DNA of 63,428 nucleotides, counting the filler, from Folioceros fuciformis (taxonomy: Eukaryota): the NCBI GenBank assembly GCA_049999805.1. It is 12 parts of 12 records of this genome, joined end to end, with 100 filler letters (N's around TTAATTAATTAA, not from the genome) between each part and the next. Parts side by side here need not be neighbours in the genome. Positions count along the whole stretch, not along the records: positions 27,854 to 37,525 come from JBNGIO010004999.1; positions 37,626 to 40,240 come from JBNGIO010005000.1; positions 40,341 to 58,367 come from JBNGIO010005001.1; 9 more parts are not named here. One strand, written 5' to 3'. The notes under the pieces are model-generated. The model had not been told where the DNA came from and did not search any database. It saw only the letters and a program-made list of their open reading frames with translations. A program made the translations under genes and the position numbers. This document shows positions 36,927 through 48,949 of the stretch, piece after piece; position 1 is the first letter of the stretch; every line of letters starts with the position of its first letter.

Positions 36927-37525
36927 CTAGCCCGGCATGACAGGAGCCTGGGGTGGCCGAGACCAATATCGCTTTTTGGTAAGTGTGCTGCGCAAATCAG
37001 GACACTGATCGATCTTCTCATAGTCCCCACCTTTGGTTTCGTGTTGGACCTCCATGCCCGTGACCTTGCCAATCACGCTGGTCATGATGCTCAAGACATC
37101 TGCTATTTCAGAGCCCTCGTTGATGGCTTCCATCAAAACTATGATGAAGTTTGTGCCTTCGTCGGCATATCTCAAAGATGCATCTCCAGGACTGGTGGAG
37201 AAAACGGTTAGGAGGTCTTTAACAGAATACAATGGTCGAACTCTGTTGCTCACAACTTGGCTTCCATCAACGGCTGACACCTGGACTTTGCTGCTGGTTG
37301 CATGGATGGCGGTGCTTTACCCCTGCGATTTCGTGCTGCTGACAAGGGTGCCAGTGCCTCGACATATATTTATGATAATTACCTTGAGTTTGTCTGCCAA
37401 AAGCGTGCATTCAGCGATGGGTTTCAAAATATCATCTTCGACATATAGCTTCCCGGCCTTGTCTTTTACACCTAAGCAAACGTACTGCCTTCCGTTTTCA
37501 TCAGTCCCACCATGGGCGTTGATGC
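36927..37525 (-). pseudogene. Animal-type caspase (peptidase C14A-like): C-terminal part of p20, linker and complete p10; 5' end lost in gap; one in-frame TAA at 37317-37319 (pseudogene status uncertain)
   Basis: Manual translation: INAHGGTDENGRQYVCLGVKDKAGKLYVEDDILKPIAECTLLADKLKVIIINICRGTGTLVSSTKSQG*STAIHATSSKVQVSAVDGSQVVSNRVRPLYSVKDLLTVFSTSPGDASLRYADEGTNFIIVLMEAINEGSEIADVLSIMTSVIGKVTGMEVQHETKGGDYEKIDQCPDLRSTLTKKRYWSRPPQAPVMPG*. His codon at 37512-37514, Cys codon at 37362-37364. Confidence 0.88.
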
Positions 37526-37625
37526 NNNNNNNNNNNNNNNNNNNNNNNNNNNNNNNNNNNNNNNNNNNNTTAATTAATTAANNNNNNNNNNNNNNNNNNN
37601 NNNNNNNNNNNNNNNNNNNNNNNNN

Positions 37626-40600
37626 GTCTGGCCTGGGCTGGGCTGGGCTGGGCTGTCCTGTCCCTAAACGCGCGGCGGAAGTGGAGGCGAATGAGGCAGA
37701 CCGGGCAAAGAGAGAAGTGAAGGGCAAGGGTGTTAACACAAGGTGCGGCAAAGGGAGAAAAAGGGAAAACAAGGAGAGAGTGGCAATCCCGGAGTGGATA
37801 AGGAAGGATCCTGGATAGCGGATACCGCCTGGCGCCCTGGCGTACCCAACAGAGCGCTGAGAGAGTTCCGACGCGCTGCTGCCTGGAAGTTGGAAGGCCA
37901 GGGAGGCCGAGGCGGAGGGCGTAACAAGTCATGACATAACCTGGAGACTGGAGGCTATGTGAGACTGTGAGTGAAGAGGCAGGCAGGGGGGCAGAGGCAG
38001 GTGCAGAGGGCAGAGAGTGTAGTAGCGCTGGCGGCTACTGTGCGATGCTGTCGCAGTCCAGAGTGTGTGCACCCAGTCCATGTCCGCATCAAGGTCCGGG
38101 TGTGGGTTGCCGTTGGCCCCACCTCCTCATATCAGCCAGCATCCTCATGAAAGCTGAGCGGCGTGAGCCTGGGCCGTGGCCATGTGTCCTTTGCACAACC
38201 CTAAAGGCTAAAGGTTCTCCCTCCCTCGCTCCCTCCCTCCCTCCCACTTTTACTTCGTGCTGCGTGCACTGGTCGTGGCACGCCTAGTTGTTAACCCCAG
38301 GCTGGTCAACTAGGTTGAGGCCTGCCTCCCTCCCAGGGCCAGGCTGATGAGGCTCCGGCTAGGAAGCCAGTGGGGCGGGGCAAGGCGGGGTAGTCGTAGT
38401 CCAGGGCCGAGCCTTGTCCGTGTCCCCTCCTCCCAGCCAGCGCAGAGCAGAGCTCAGAGCAGCTCAGCGCTGCGCAATCAAGGCGCAGTTCGCCTTCAAA
38501 AATCCCAGCTGTGGATCACCTGCGCCGCTACGACCGCATTTACAGCCTGGTATGCACCGTTACCATATGTATATATTATGTACATATGTACAAAGCAAAA
38601 GCTGAAGCTGCAGTTGCAGAAGCAGAAGCAAGCACCACCACCACCACAAACAAAACAGTGCAGGGAGCAGCGTGCAGCGTGCAGTGTGCAGCGTGTAGTG
38701 TGCACTCCAGGTCCAGGTCCAGTCTAGTCCAGTCCAGTGCAGTGCACTTGCAGTTCATCGCATCCCAGTGGCAGGATCCCCATCGAGCATCGCATCGCCG
38801 CCCTTTACGCTAAACACTACCACTTCCCCTATATACATGGTATGTATGTATGTATGTATGTATGTATGTATGTATGTATGTATGTATGTATGTATGTATG
38901 TATGTATGTATGTAGAGATAGTCGCATGTGCATGAAAGTGAGTACACAACAGTACAGTACTGTACTGTACATAATTACGCAAGCAAGCATGTATGTACAT
39001 ACTTACATATGGTCTGTATGTATGTACATATGCAGTAAGAGTAGACCCGCGTGGGAGCCGTTCCGGGCCTCGCCCTCATGTGCGCGTGGGGCCAACCGCG
39101 CTACACCACACTTACCCCCCACCCCACCCCGTCGCATGGACTGTGGACGGGGTCAAACACTCCAGCTCGGGCCCCACCCCTTTTCTATTTCAAGTGCAAC
39201 TCACAACCAGCGCAAACTCGAAAGCTCAACCAGCAACAGCAGCAGCAGCAGCAAGCAGAAGCATTTGGTAGCGTTCTACTCTCCTCCACCTCCCGGAGAA
39301 TCTTTCCCAGCTCCCACTTGGAGCCACTCGGACTACCCCCTTCCCCGTCCCCGTCCCAGTCCCAGACCCAGTCCCCGTCCCCGTCCCCGTCCCAGTCCCA
39401 ATCCCAATCCCGCGTTCCATCATCTCCATTTCCTTCACGCTTCCTCCAGCTCTCAGCTTACAACGTACCGACCTACCTGCATAGTGCCTCATCCAACATG
39501 CTCTACACAGTAGTAGCTTAGCTTTACCACCTACTACCTACGTGTCTAACTAATCTATTATATTGTGTTATCTAGCAGAGTATGCCACACAGCCAGCGGA
39601 GGATGTCTCATACATTTTCGCTGCTGCATTGTTGTTGCTTGCTTAATCCCGGAGATGTTGCAAGCCATTTGAACACACATCAACAAAGCTAGGGCATGAA
39701 CGAGTACAGTATGTAAGCAGGTAAATCCGAGGGCACTCGCACTCGCACTCGCACCCACAGCCACCAACCACCCAGGCGTTTAGGTCACCCTTGAAGGAGA
39801 GAAAAAGACAAAAACAAGGGTTGCGGAAAGGTGGCAGCTTGAAGTTTGGAGAGTGGGGCGAGGGGTCTGGTGGGCATTGAATGACGGTGCCGCGCGCGCG
39901 ACCTGACTGCTGACTGCTGACTGGGCGCCGGTGCGGCAAATGTGGCGGGTCCACGTGGGACGGGAGCCCCATCCCGCACCCGTACGGCGCGCTTCGTTGT
40001 CATGTGCATCAGGCTCTCTCATCAGTTATCTGTACCCGGTCCACAACTCTTACAAGTGTAACCGGGAAGGAGAAAGGGTAGCAGGTTGCCCCACGGCTAG
40101 TTACCTTAGCCTAGGGTAGCACACCACACTGTACCACTACTACCTACGGTGCACTACACCCCTGTACTACCCCCCTCCCCCATCCCAGGGTGGCCCGACT
40201 TAATGCGGTCACGCCATAGGCCCAGTGCCTATCCGGTCTGNNNNNNNNNNNNNNNNNNNNNNNNNNNNNNNNNNNNNNNNNNNNTTAATTAATTAANNNN
40301 NNNNNNNNNNNNNNNNNNNNNNNNNNNNNNNNNNNNNNNNCCTGCTATTCCCTATTTTTGTTTTGCGACAACACCCATCCTGTTTGCATACACATGGATG
40401 TACTTCCCAACGTTGTCCAGGTTCCACCCTTTTCGTTTCGTTTCGTTTCGGTGCGCTTCGGTTCGGTTTGTTTCGTTTTCTTTCTTTTTATCTTCTTTTC
40501 TTTTCTTTCCGCATGTTTCCGATTATTTTTGTTTTATCTTGCTGACTCGTTTCCTCAACTCCGCTCTACCACATCATCCTTTTGTCTTTTTCTCATTCCC

Positions 40601-41299
40601 CAGGATCTTGCCTCTCTCTCTCTCTCTCTCTCCACGCATCGCTACTACGTCTGTATGTACTTGCCACTGCAATCCACCAGAACTTGGTACAGTATTTGAA
40701 TTCCAATCTCCCATGCACTGTCCCCACAGGCTATCTTCTACCACATATCTAACTCCCCGACCAAGACAGGCCGGGGCCCCTTCCCCTAAACAACACCGCA
40801 CGGCACTGCACCGCACCCCACTCCCTGCTCCTTAGGGACTGGGGAGGAGTCAGAGTGATAAGCTGTTTGGTGGGCTGGAGCTTTGGAGCTTTGGAGCTTT
40901 GGAGCTTTGGAGCTTTGGAGCTTTGGAGCTTTGGAGCTTTGGAGCTCGGAGCTTGGAGCTAGAGCTGGCGATGGTGGTCCCGCCTCGCATTGCCTCTGCC
41001 TCTGCCTTCGCCTCCGGCCGTGCGGAAGGGCTCTCCTGGCCCTACGCCTGTCCACTCCAGCCCAGCGTGCCTGCCCTGCCCTGCCCTGCCCCTGCCCCTG
41101 CCCCTGCCCGCCGCCACGGACACCCAGCCCGGAAAAGCGGAGCACACAAAGCAACGCCCAAACAGCAACGGGCCACGGACTCCGTTCCCATGCACACTAC
41201 ACTGCACAGTGGTGCACCAACTTATATTCCTTCCCTCTTGTCCGCTCTCCACTGCCCTCTTCGTGCGCAAGAGCAAAAACATCAAACAGACGAGGAAAG

Positions 41300-41353
<54 letters not shown>

Positions 41354-43762
41354 TTGTTGCCCGTGCTCTATTACATAATACTGCCATCTTATCCTCACTC
41401 AAGTTAAGCGCTGGGCTCAGCGGCTTTAAAGTTTTTTTGTTTTGTGCGCGCCAAAAACAGGCCTGGGTACAAAAGCGTTGCCCCCTCCGTGCCCAGGCTC
41501 CCTTCCCTGACGTGCTCCTACGTGGAAAGTCAGTGGCTCGAAGTTTGATCGCCTTGGCTGTGCCTTCACCTTTGCATTTATGACGACTCATCGCCACAAG
41601 CACAGCCAGCGTGCACTGCACCCACAGCCGTGCCCTGCCCCATCTCCATGGACTTGCATGTACAGTACATTGTATTGAGCTGTGCACCTCGGAACGGAAC
41701 AGAACGTAAAGTAATGGAACGGGACGTGACGTGATGTAGCGCAAAGTAACGGGAAAGGAAAGGAAAGGAAAGGAATGCAAAGGAAACCAAGGATTCCAGT
41801 CCTGTCGGGTAATGTTGAAGAAACGGGATAGGGGCTTGTGCTAAGTTTAGCAATTTATTGGGTGGAGCACGAATTTTGGGAGTTTCGGTCCGACACTGCT
41901 CTTGCAGGAGAGTGAGGCGAGGAGATGACATGAGAGAAGGCTAGATCTTCCGAGAGGAGAGGAGGTGGAGCTTCCCGGTGGCGGTCTAGCAGTGGACCAA
42001 TCTCCCATCTTAACGAAACAAAACCAAATCAAACCAAACCAAACAAAACCACAACGCCAGCAAATGGCAACGCACTGCACCCTCGTCTCTGTCGCCCCTG
42101 CCCCGGCCACTGTCCCCATCTATTTTCGGCAAACGCAAAGGGCAGGTCACGGCAGAGCAGAGCACAGCAGAACAAGGAGAGGAAAAAAAAAAAAAAAACA
42201 GAGAGGACGGGAGGCCCCTGCCTGGACCGCGGCCCCCGGCATCGCTACCTTTGCATTTTGCGGTTCGGGGTTCGCGGTTTCCAAATTGCATTGCGCGTGC
42301 CCGACCACACCTTCTCCCGCCGCTATGCCACCTCATTAATGTCGCTAGCTTGTCTTCCAAGATATTCCCTCCAATCTTATTTCTTTTCCTTTTCTTCCTC
42401 TGGGTTCTGGGTTCCCGGCTCCGGGCTCTGGGCTCCGGGCTTCCCCCCACCACCCCCAAAAGCTTCTTCCACGCCCCCCATTTCTTTTCCCTATTCAATC
42501 CACGTACGTACTCGCCCACATGCCCCCTTCTTCTCCATCCATTATTCGCCGGCACTGCCACAGCCAGCGCCTTAGCCTCTGCCTCTGCCCCGTTCTACGC
42601 CGGCCCCGCCTCTCTCAAGTCAAACTCTGACCTTGTCCATCCCTGAATGCGTCGCCCATCACTATGAGCAACATGGATGTACACACGTACTGTGGTGTAG
42701 TCTGTGCAAAATCCTGCATGCGCAAAGCACATAAAGAGCCAATCTACCACCCACCTAATATCCACTGCATTAACTGCACAAATGCAAGCGAACGCATTTC
42801 CATCCTTCTTCCTACTGCTGCTACTGCAAGGCAAGGCAAGGCAAGCTACATGATAACGTACATATGTCGATTGTGAGTGATGGTGCGAGTGCGTTCGGTA
42901 ACGGAACGCCGTGGACACACGCTTCCCGAGCGCAGGAACAGCATCGCGTTAACTTGGGAAGACAACCGGAGAGCGCGCACCGTCCCACGAGACGCAAGAC
43001 CCTCATCATTTCCCCCGCCCCGCAAAACAAAAAAACTTTCCTCCACCGGGGCCGGGGCCGGGCCGGGCCGAGATGGGGCCCCCGAGTTGCTAAACCTGCC
43101 ATCACCCAGACCTGCTCCTTGAGCTCTCCTGGACTGGACGGCACGGGACGGCACGGGAAAGGATGCCACGGGACCCGACCTTACAATTGCACCGCGGCAA
43201 GCAACCTACCCAGCATCAACCTGGGCGTGCCCAAAAACAAAGGCAAAGTGGGAGCAATGCATATGGTATTCGATACAATCGTCACCACGGGCACTCGCCA
43301 CTCTTGAGCTGCAGCCACTGCATGCCGGATCCGCATATCTCTCATTACATGTATGTATGTTCATTGTACCCCTGTTTAAGATACTTTTTGTAGCAGTACT
43401 GGTACTGCACTGCTGCTGCCGACTCGGAGCTGTAAACCTGGGCCTAAAGTGCAAAAATGCGCAGCATAAAGGACAGGAGACAGCAGCCTGGACCAGGCCG
43501 GTTCCGGACGTGGAGTCCCTGGAGACCCAGGGGCGGCCCAGGCCGGGCCCCTTTGCCTTGCACGCGCACCCCACCTTTGTTTTCTTCTTGTCAACTGGGC
43601 TTGAAATTTTCACGGAGGCAGCAGACGAAGACGCAGATGCAGCAGCAGCCAACAGCCAGCGGCCAGCAGGATGTTGGGCGACGACACACTTGCTTCAGCG
43701 ACTGGGCCTGGACCTGATGAACTTGGACCGGGACCTGGACCTGGACCTGCGCCAGAGCCAGG

Positions 43763-43793
<31 letters not shown>

Positions 43794-44100
43794 CGAGGCC
43801 AGCGCCAGCGCCAACGCCACGGCCAAGGCCAGGGCCAGCGCCAGCGCCAACGCGGCAACAGGCTACGGGATTTTGTTCCTGCCCGGAAATCTCCCCCCTC
43901 CTCCCTTCGTTGGTGGAGGGGCCCCAGCTGTACAGTTGTACCGGGGGAAGGAGGCGTTTGCACATCAGCTTGGGCGTCAGCGGCTGCCTATCTTTGGATG
44001 GCAGGGAGGCCAGGGCGCCCCCTGCCCCGCGGGCCCCGGCCCGACTCGGCCCCACCGTCCACGGATTCCGTTTCCCCCGCAACGGCCGCAAACTCGCTGC
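37626..44100. repeat. Microsatellite-dense non-coding region
   Basis: (TATG)n about 38841-38912; (CCCCGT/CCCAGT)n 39343-39410; (GTTTC)n 40433-40476; (CT)n 40612-40632; (GGAGCTTT)n 40878-40945; (CCTGCT)n 41300-41353; (GGAAA)n 41752-41774; (CCAGAG)n 43763-43792. Confidence 0.9.
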
Positions 44101-44832
44101 TTACAAAGGTGAACACGTAAACGTAATTAGGCCGCGCTCTACACTCCTTCCCATAACTGTCAAGCGGTGGAGCATTTCCGCAGCTCCAGCCTCCAACACG
44201 CGCGCGCCTCAGATTCCGAGTTTTTATTTCTTGGAAGAATGGAAGAATTGTTGTTTTGTTTCCAATATTCGTGGCGGGAAATAAAATAGAATTGTGGGTA
44301 CTGGGGGACAGATACGCTGTGCTATCTCTCGCACACACCCAGTTCGGGTCTGGAGCAGGAGCACCCACCCGTCGCCTCGCCCCAGCCTCCTGACGTGCCT
44401 GCAAATCGCACCTCCTTGCCCTGCATATCTGCCTGAGATCATGCTATTATCTTACAGGACCATGTGAACGGAGCCCTGTGCACTGTGACGGCACAGTCAC
44501 AGGCACAGTAGCGAGACAGACATGTATCTCATTTTCTCGTGGCAGGGTCGCATTTTTGTGGCAGGGTCGCAGCCCGACTTCCAACTTCTTCCAACTTGCC
44601 TCCTTGCGCCAACTCCTACCAGTCCGGCTCTACCGCCTTTGACTTGGTGCCCGGTCTGAGAATCGAGAGTCCCGATTCCCTGCTACCCCACTTTCCTCCG
44701 GGCCCGAGGGCCAGGGGCCCAGAGGGGGTCGCGGAAGACGGGGAGGGGGAGGGAGACGGAGAAGGTAAGGGAGAGGGAGAGGGAAAATTGTGTTGCGGTT
44801 GTTGTGGTTTTGAATATTTCCAGATTCCACCA

Positions 44833-46051
44833 ATGGCAGTTCTGCCCCATCAGATGCCCACGCTCTTGTCTCCCTCCTCCCCACCCTGCCCGAGACTCTG
44901 CAGCTCGCCCGGCTGCCAGGCCTGGGGAAGATGGAACATCGGTGTAGTTGCCTCCTCTCCTTCCGTCGTCCGCAGCCGCGGGAGGAGTGGGGTGTCCTTC
45001 GCGCTGGCCGCTGCGGTTACCATTACGGCGTCACGCGTGTCCGACAAGGCTGACACCGTCCGGGTGATGGGTCCTGGATCGGACGCTCTTCCAGGTGCGT
45101 GTTTGTGGGCTGTGCGATAGGGTTTGGAGGCATTCTGTTGCTGCCTGCCATGCCCACGATTGATTGTGGCGGATGCGCAGCCTGCAGCTATCGGGCGGCT
45201 GCTGGCGCTGGACGAGTTCTTTTTGGCTCCCACCAACGGAGGACTGCCGGTGGCTGACTCTGGCTTTCTGCTGGAGAGTCTGGTGTACTACCTGGAGGGG
45301 GAGGGTGATGCGGATGACGAGCCTTCTCAAGGGGAGGCCACGCTGCAGCCTAGGCATGGAGTTCAGCTGCATTACGTGTCTAGCATGACCTTGGGCAAGG
45401 GATCCGCTCCTCCGCCGCTGGAAGATGTGTCGCGTGGGCAGGCTGCTGTGCCCTTTGTTTTCCACGTGAGAGGCCCAGGAAGTGTGCGGCAAGTGCTGAC
45501 GGAGCAGGGGGACGAGGGTGGTGCCGTTGTGAAGGTGGTGGCCGGGGAGTTTGCGGGTTTGCAGGCCGCAGCGCCGTTACATGATTTTGTAAGTTCTGTT
45601 TGTCTGTCGGCAACGCTTTCATGCCGGGTCTTCCATGCCCGTGTGTATTCCAGCACCCTTTGACTGCTTCTTGTGTTGACCGTTGGCGTTTGAAATGACG
45701 TGTAGCAACTGCTGGATGTGTCGATGCGCCCGAGTTCCGCAGCTCAGTTTTCTGTGAAGCTCAACACCGGAGTTCTTGTTTATGTCCTGGAGGTAGGTAC
45801 TGCACATAGGCAAGCTTCGGGTTTGCCTTGCTCGTCCTGTTCACGTTGCTCCGTGACCAATCCTGTTCTATGCGTAGGGCGTCGGGCTCTTCAGTTTATC
45901 CACCTCCGCTTGTGCCGGGTCTGTGAACTACCAGAACGAAGGGCATGGCTTGTGGTTTGCGCCCAGTGACTTGGCTTCACCCAGAGTGGTGCATGTCCGG
46001 ACCCATTCCTGGTCACATTTGCGGTTTCTCTTGGTACAGGCAGAATGCTGA
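44833..46051 (+). CDS. Pirin-like bicupin protein (about 307 aa) with a transit-peptide-like N-terminus; exons 44833-45094, 45188-45588, 45706-45792, 45878-46051
   Basis: Three GT-AG introns join in frame. Pirin landmarks appear in order: LLALDEF, LESLVYYLEG, MTLGKG, VKVVAGE, LLDVSMRP, VLVYVLEG, LRFLLV. Confidence 0.8.
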
Positions 46052-46139
46052 CCGTGGGAGAAACTAGCTTGCCAGAGTGCAATGCGTCTCCCCCTTTCCC
46101 GAGGGCAGAGTGCACTGAGCATGCCCCTCATTAATTCGT

Positions 46140-48410
46140 ACTACGTGTTCCCGTGGCGGGCTTCGTAAGTTTCAGTTTTCTTCTGCTGCCAGCTCCACCC
46201 TTCATTCTTCAAGGGATGTGGGCACAAGTTATATTTTCGTACAACTACATCTGAATTCGGCTTCCCTGTAATCAGTAATGCTCGAAACTTGCCTACGGAT
46301 GTCCTTCTGGAAATAGGACTGCACTGCTCTTCATGCCCGAACTTACGACTGTGCATGCTGCATCTTGCAAGGACGGTAAATGGCAGTAGTCCCCATCTCT
46401 GCGTGCAGCAACCTCAGATCGCATCGTGGTACGCACCAAATGAGGAGCTAGCCCATCCTACCGCATGAGGGCTCTGTGTAACCATCAAACTATGCATCGT
46501 CGACCGACATGGAATGCTGCTGCTTTCGACACATGAATAGGAAACTTTAGTGCTCTCCTGGTGTGTTGTTCTCCCGAGTAGATCTCTTATACAACAACCT
46601 CACCTGTCGATAAGTTGCTATCTGACAAAGAAGGCGATCCAACAGACAGCTGACTCGGAGACGACACGGCCGGTAACATCAACGAATCCCGACAGAAGAT
46701 TACTGTAGGTGGCGTCCCAATCCAAAGGCCACCTTGGAAAGAGCTGCCAACCAATTACGGCCACTCGATATGCCTATACAATGAAGCTCCATGCATTATC
46801 ACCAATATCCTGCAATTTCCTGGGACTGGAGACGCACAACAGCTGTATTAGATGGCAAGCTCACACATGCCTCTGCCTCTGGAAACCTGATTGCTCAAAC
46901 AACCTGAATGTCAGGTCAATACCACACTGTAAGAGTACAGCACGTGGTTGTTGTGGCACGCCCACACATGATTCCCTTCAGCTCAATCTCTTTGGTGGAA
47001 CGAGTAGGAGCCTGAAAGATGTAAGTTGACAGCTGTCCTAGCGCGTCTCCATCTTCAACTTATCTTGCCTTGACATCTCGTCTCTTGAGGTCTTTGATCA
47101 GTTGGGCAAACTTACAGCTCGAGACTGCCTGCCCATGATGTCCTCGTTGACATGGTGATGAGCTACAGGACTGTGACTCCGATCTACCAAGTTTTCCATA
47201 TCCCTGTCACGCTTAACAGGTAAATCCCGAAATGTGCCACTGCACACCATCCGGAGGCATCGATCTTTGCACAGTGCACAGATACTTTGGTGTTGTACGG
47301 TGAACGAAAGAAAAATAGTAAACAAGTGACACATTACGCAGAACGTAGTCTTACTAGGCTTTAGCTCGCCAGGCTCTAAGGAATGGTCATCGGGTCAAGG
47401 CAGGGCACGCCTTGCTCAATGTTTGCTAGAAGAGTTGACAGCTCGATACCTACTCTCCTAGCAGAGCGCTGTGCATCTGCTTTGGCAGCTTTGGCTACAC
47501 AGAAGACTCAGACCGAGGCGCCTTACCCAATCATCGGTAAAGATGCAGTGAACAAAGACGCACTCTCACCCATGCCCTGGCCTGAGGCCCCACATCCGTG
47601 CCTTGAGTATGACCCATCGCCGCTGGAACTCCAACCATGATACCACTGCTCAGTACGTAATGTCATTCTTCGTCGATTCGTCCGTCAGACGAAGGTGCCA
47701 ACGATGTAGACACACATCGAGCACACGAGTTCAATTATCCTCCTTGTCACACCAGAACACTAACTTGCATCAAAGGATCTGGTGGGCATCAGGAGAGAAT
47801 TCCTTTTGTCAGACGCAGGCGCTGCCAGCTCTCAAAGTGACAATAGGCAGTACGCGAGGTGAAACCCCATATGCCACCTGGAATGGGAAAGGGTACTGCC
47901 TTGCTCGGGGTGGTTTCACGTATGACACATATGCACCACTACATTGCCCCAGATGAACTCCCTGCTATCAGCCTGATGCCAGCCAGGGTTACGTAACTCC
48001 ACCGCAGCAGAACAAATACTCCCAGACAACTTGAAGAAAAGATTTGCGAAATCCGCGGGTCGTCGCCTGTCCAGCCAGCGATTCACACGTTGAAGCCTTC
48101 GCCCCTCAGCTGGTAGGACACCCACAAGCTGAACAACAGCATCGGCCGTAAATCGAAGATTTGTTTCAGCCATGCGAGACTCGAATTGCTCGGTGTTGGT
48201 GAAGCTCCCAGCACATGTGTTACTCCAAGTGCTGTCTCTTGCACAAGTTCTCGAATCTTTGCTGGTGCACTCCAAGGAGAAGCACCATACGAGAAGAGGA
48301 GAGGGCTCCTTGATGGAAGATTGTCACATTGACCTCTATCCAGACAGGCTTCAAATACCCAGCAAAATCACCTATGGAAGAAAAAGGATCGGACAACATA
48401 TACGACATTG
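46140..48410 (-). other. Possible multi-exon gene of unknown function
   Basis: Gene-like composition; minus-strand GTAAGT/GTGAGG donors (about 47115, 46603, 46347), a TTTCAG acceptor (about 47012) and short open frames; no motif recognised. Confidence 0.25.
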
Positions 48411-48949
48411 AGTCGACGGAGCATCACCGGCTTGGTCACAACTTGTAGACCTGAAGGTCTTAGCACAATGGGAGTACAGGTTTCACGACACCAAACGTAG
48501 TCCGAACACAGACCAGTTTCCTTTTCTGGACCTGGTCCTAGGTTCCGTGCATTTGTTGTTTTCCAAGGCTCACAACCACTTTTTGTGGTGCAATTTCAGG
48601 TACGAGCAAAATTATAAGGGACGAACAATGGGGACTACATTTTCCTCTAGCGATGCTTCTAGAATTTCAACACGGCGTACCGCGAACCACCGCGTGGCGT
48701 ACCACGTGGTGTGAAGCACAGTTAATTCATACACTGATAAAATTCAATTATTTCAAACACAAAGTCTTGGATCAAGGGCATAATTGATGACCACTTTAGT
48801 ACAAGTACGTGGCTTTCACATTGAAAATAACTGGGGCTCAAACAGGAGGTTCGGCAGGCTAACGGGGTTCCTGTTTCACAGTTAAAATTTCCCGTTCGGC
48901 AGGCTAACGGGATTCCCGTTTTCCCCTTTTTTTTTTCAGTCCTTTATTA

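Noticed and set aside
37290-37320. Micro-intron removing the caspase stop
   Set aside because: About 30 nt with no pyrimidine tract; far below the roughly 85-220-nt introns seen in this window.
36927-37525. Ordinary plant metacaspase
   Set aside because: Lacks D-x-C-H-S-G; has K-x-K-hydrophobic-CRG and a caspase-type p10 (STxPGxxSxR, STLTK).
37033-37581. 182-aa plus-strand ORF
   Set aside because: Antisense shadow of the caspase frame; no motif.
38347-44112. Many 100-270-aa ORFs
   Set aside because: Products of GC-rich microsatellites (poly-AG, PA, CMYV); no domain signal.
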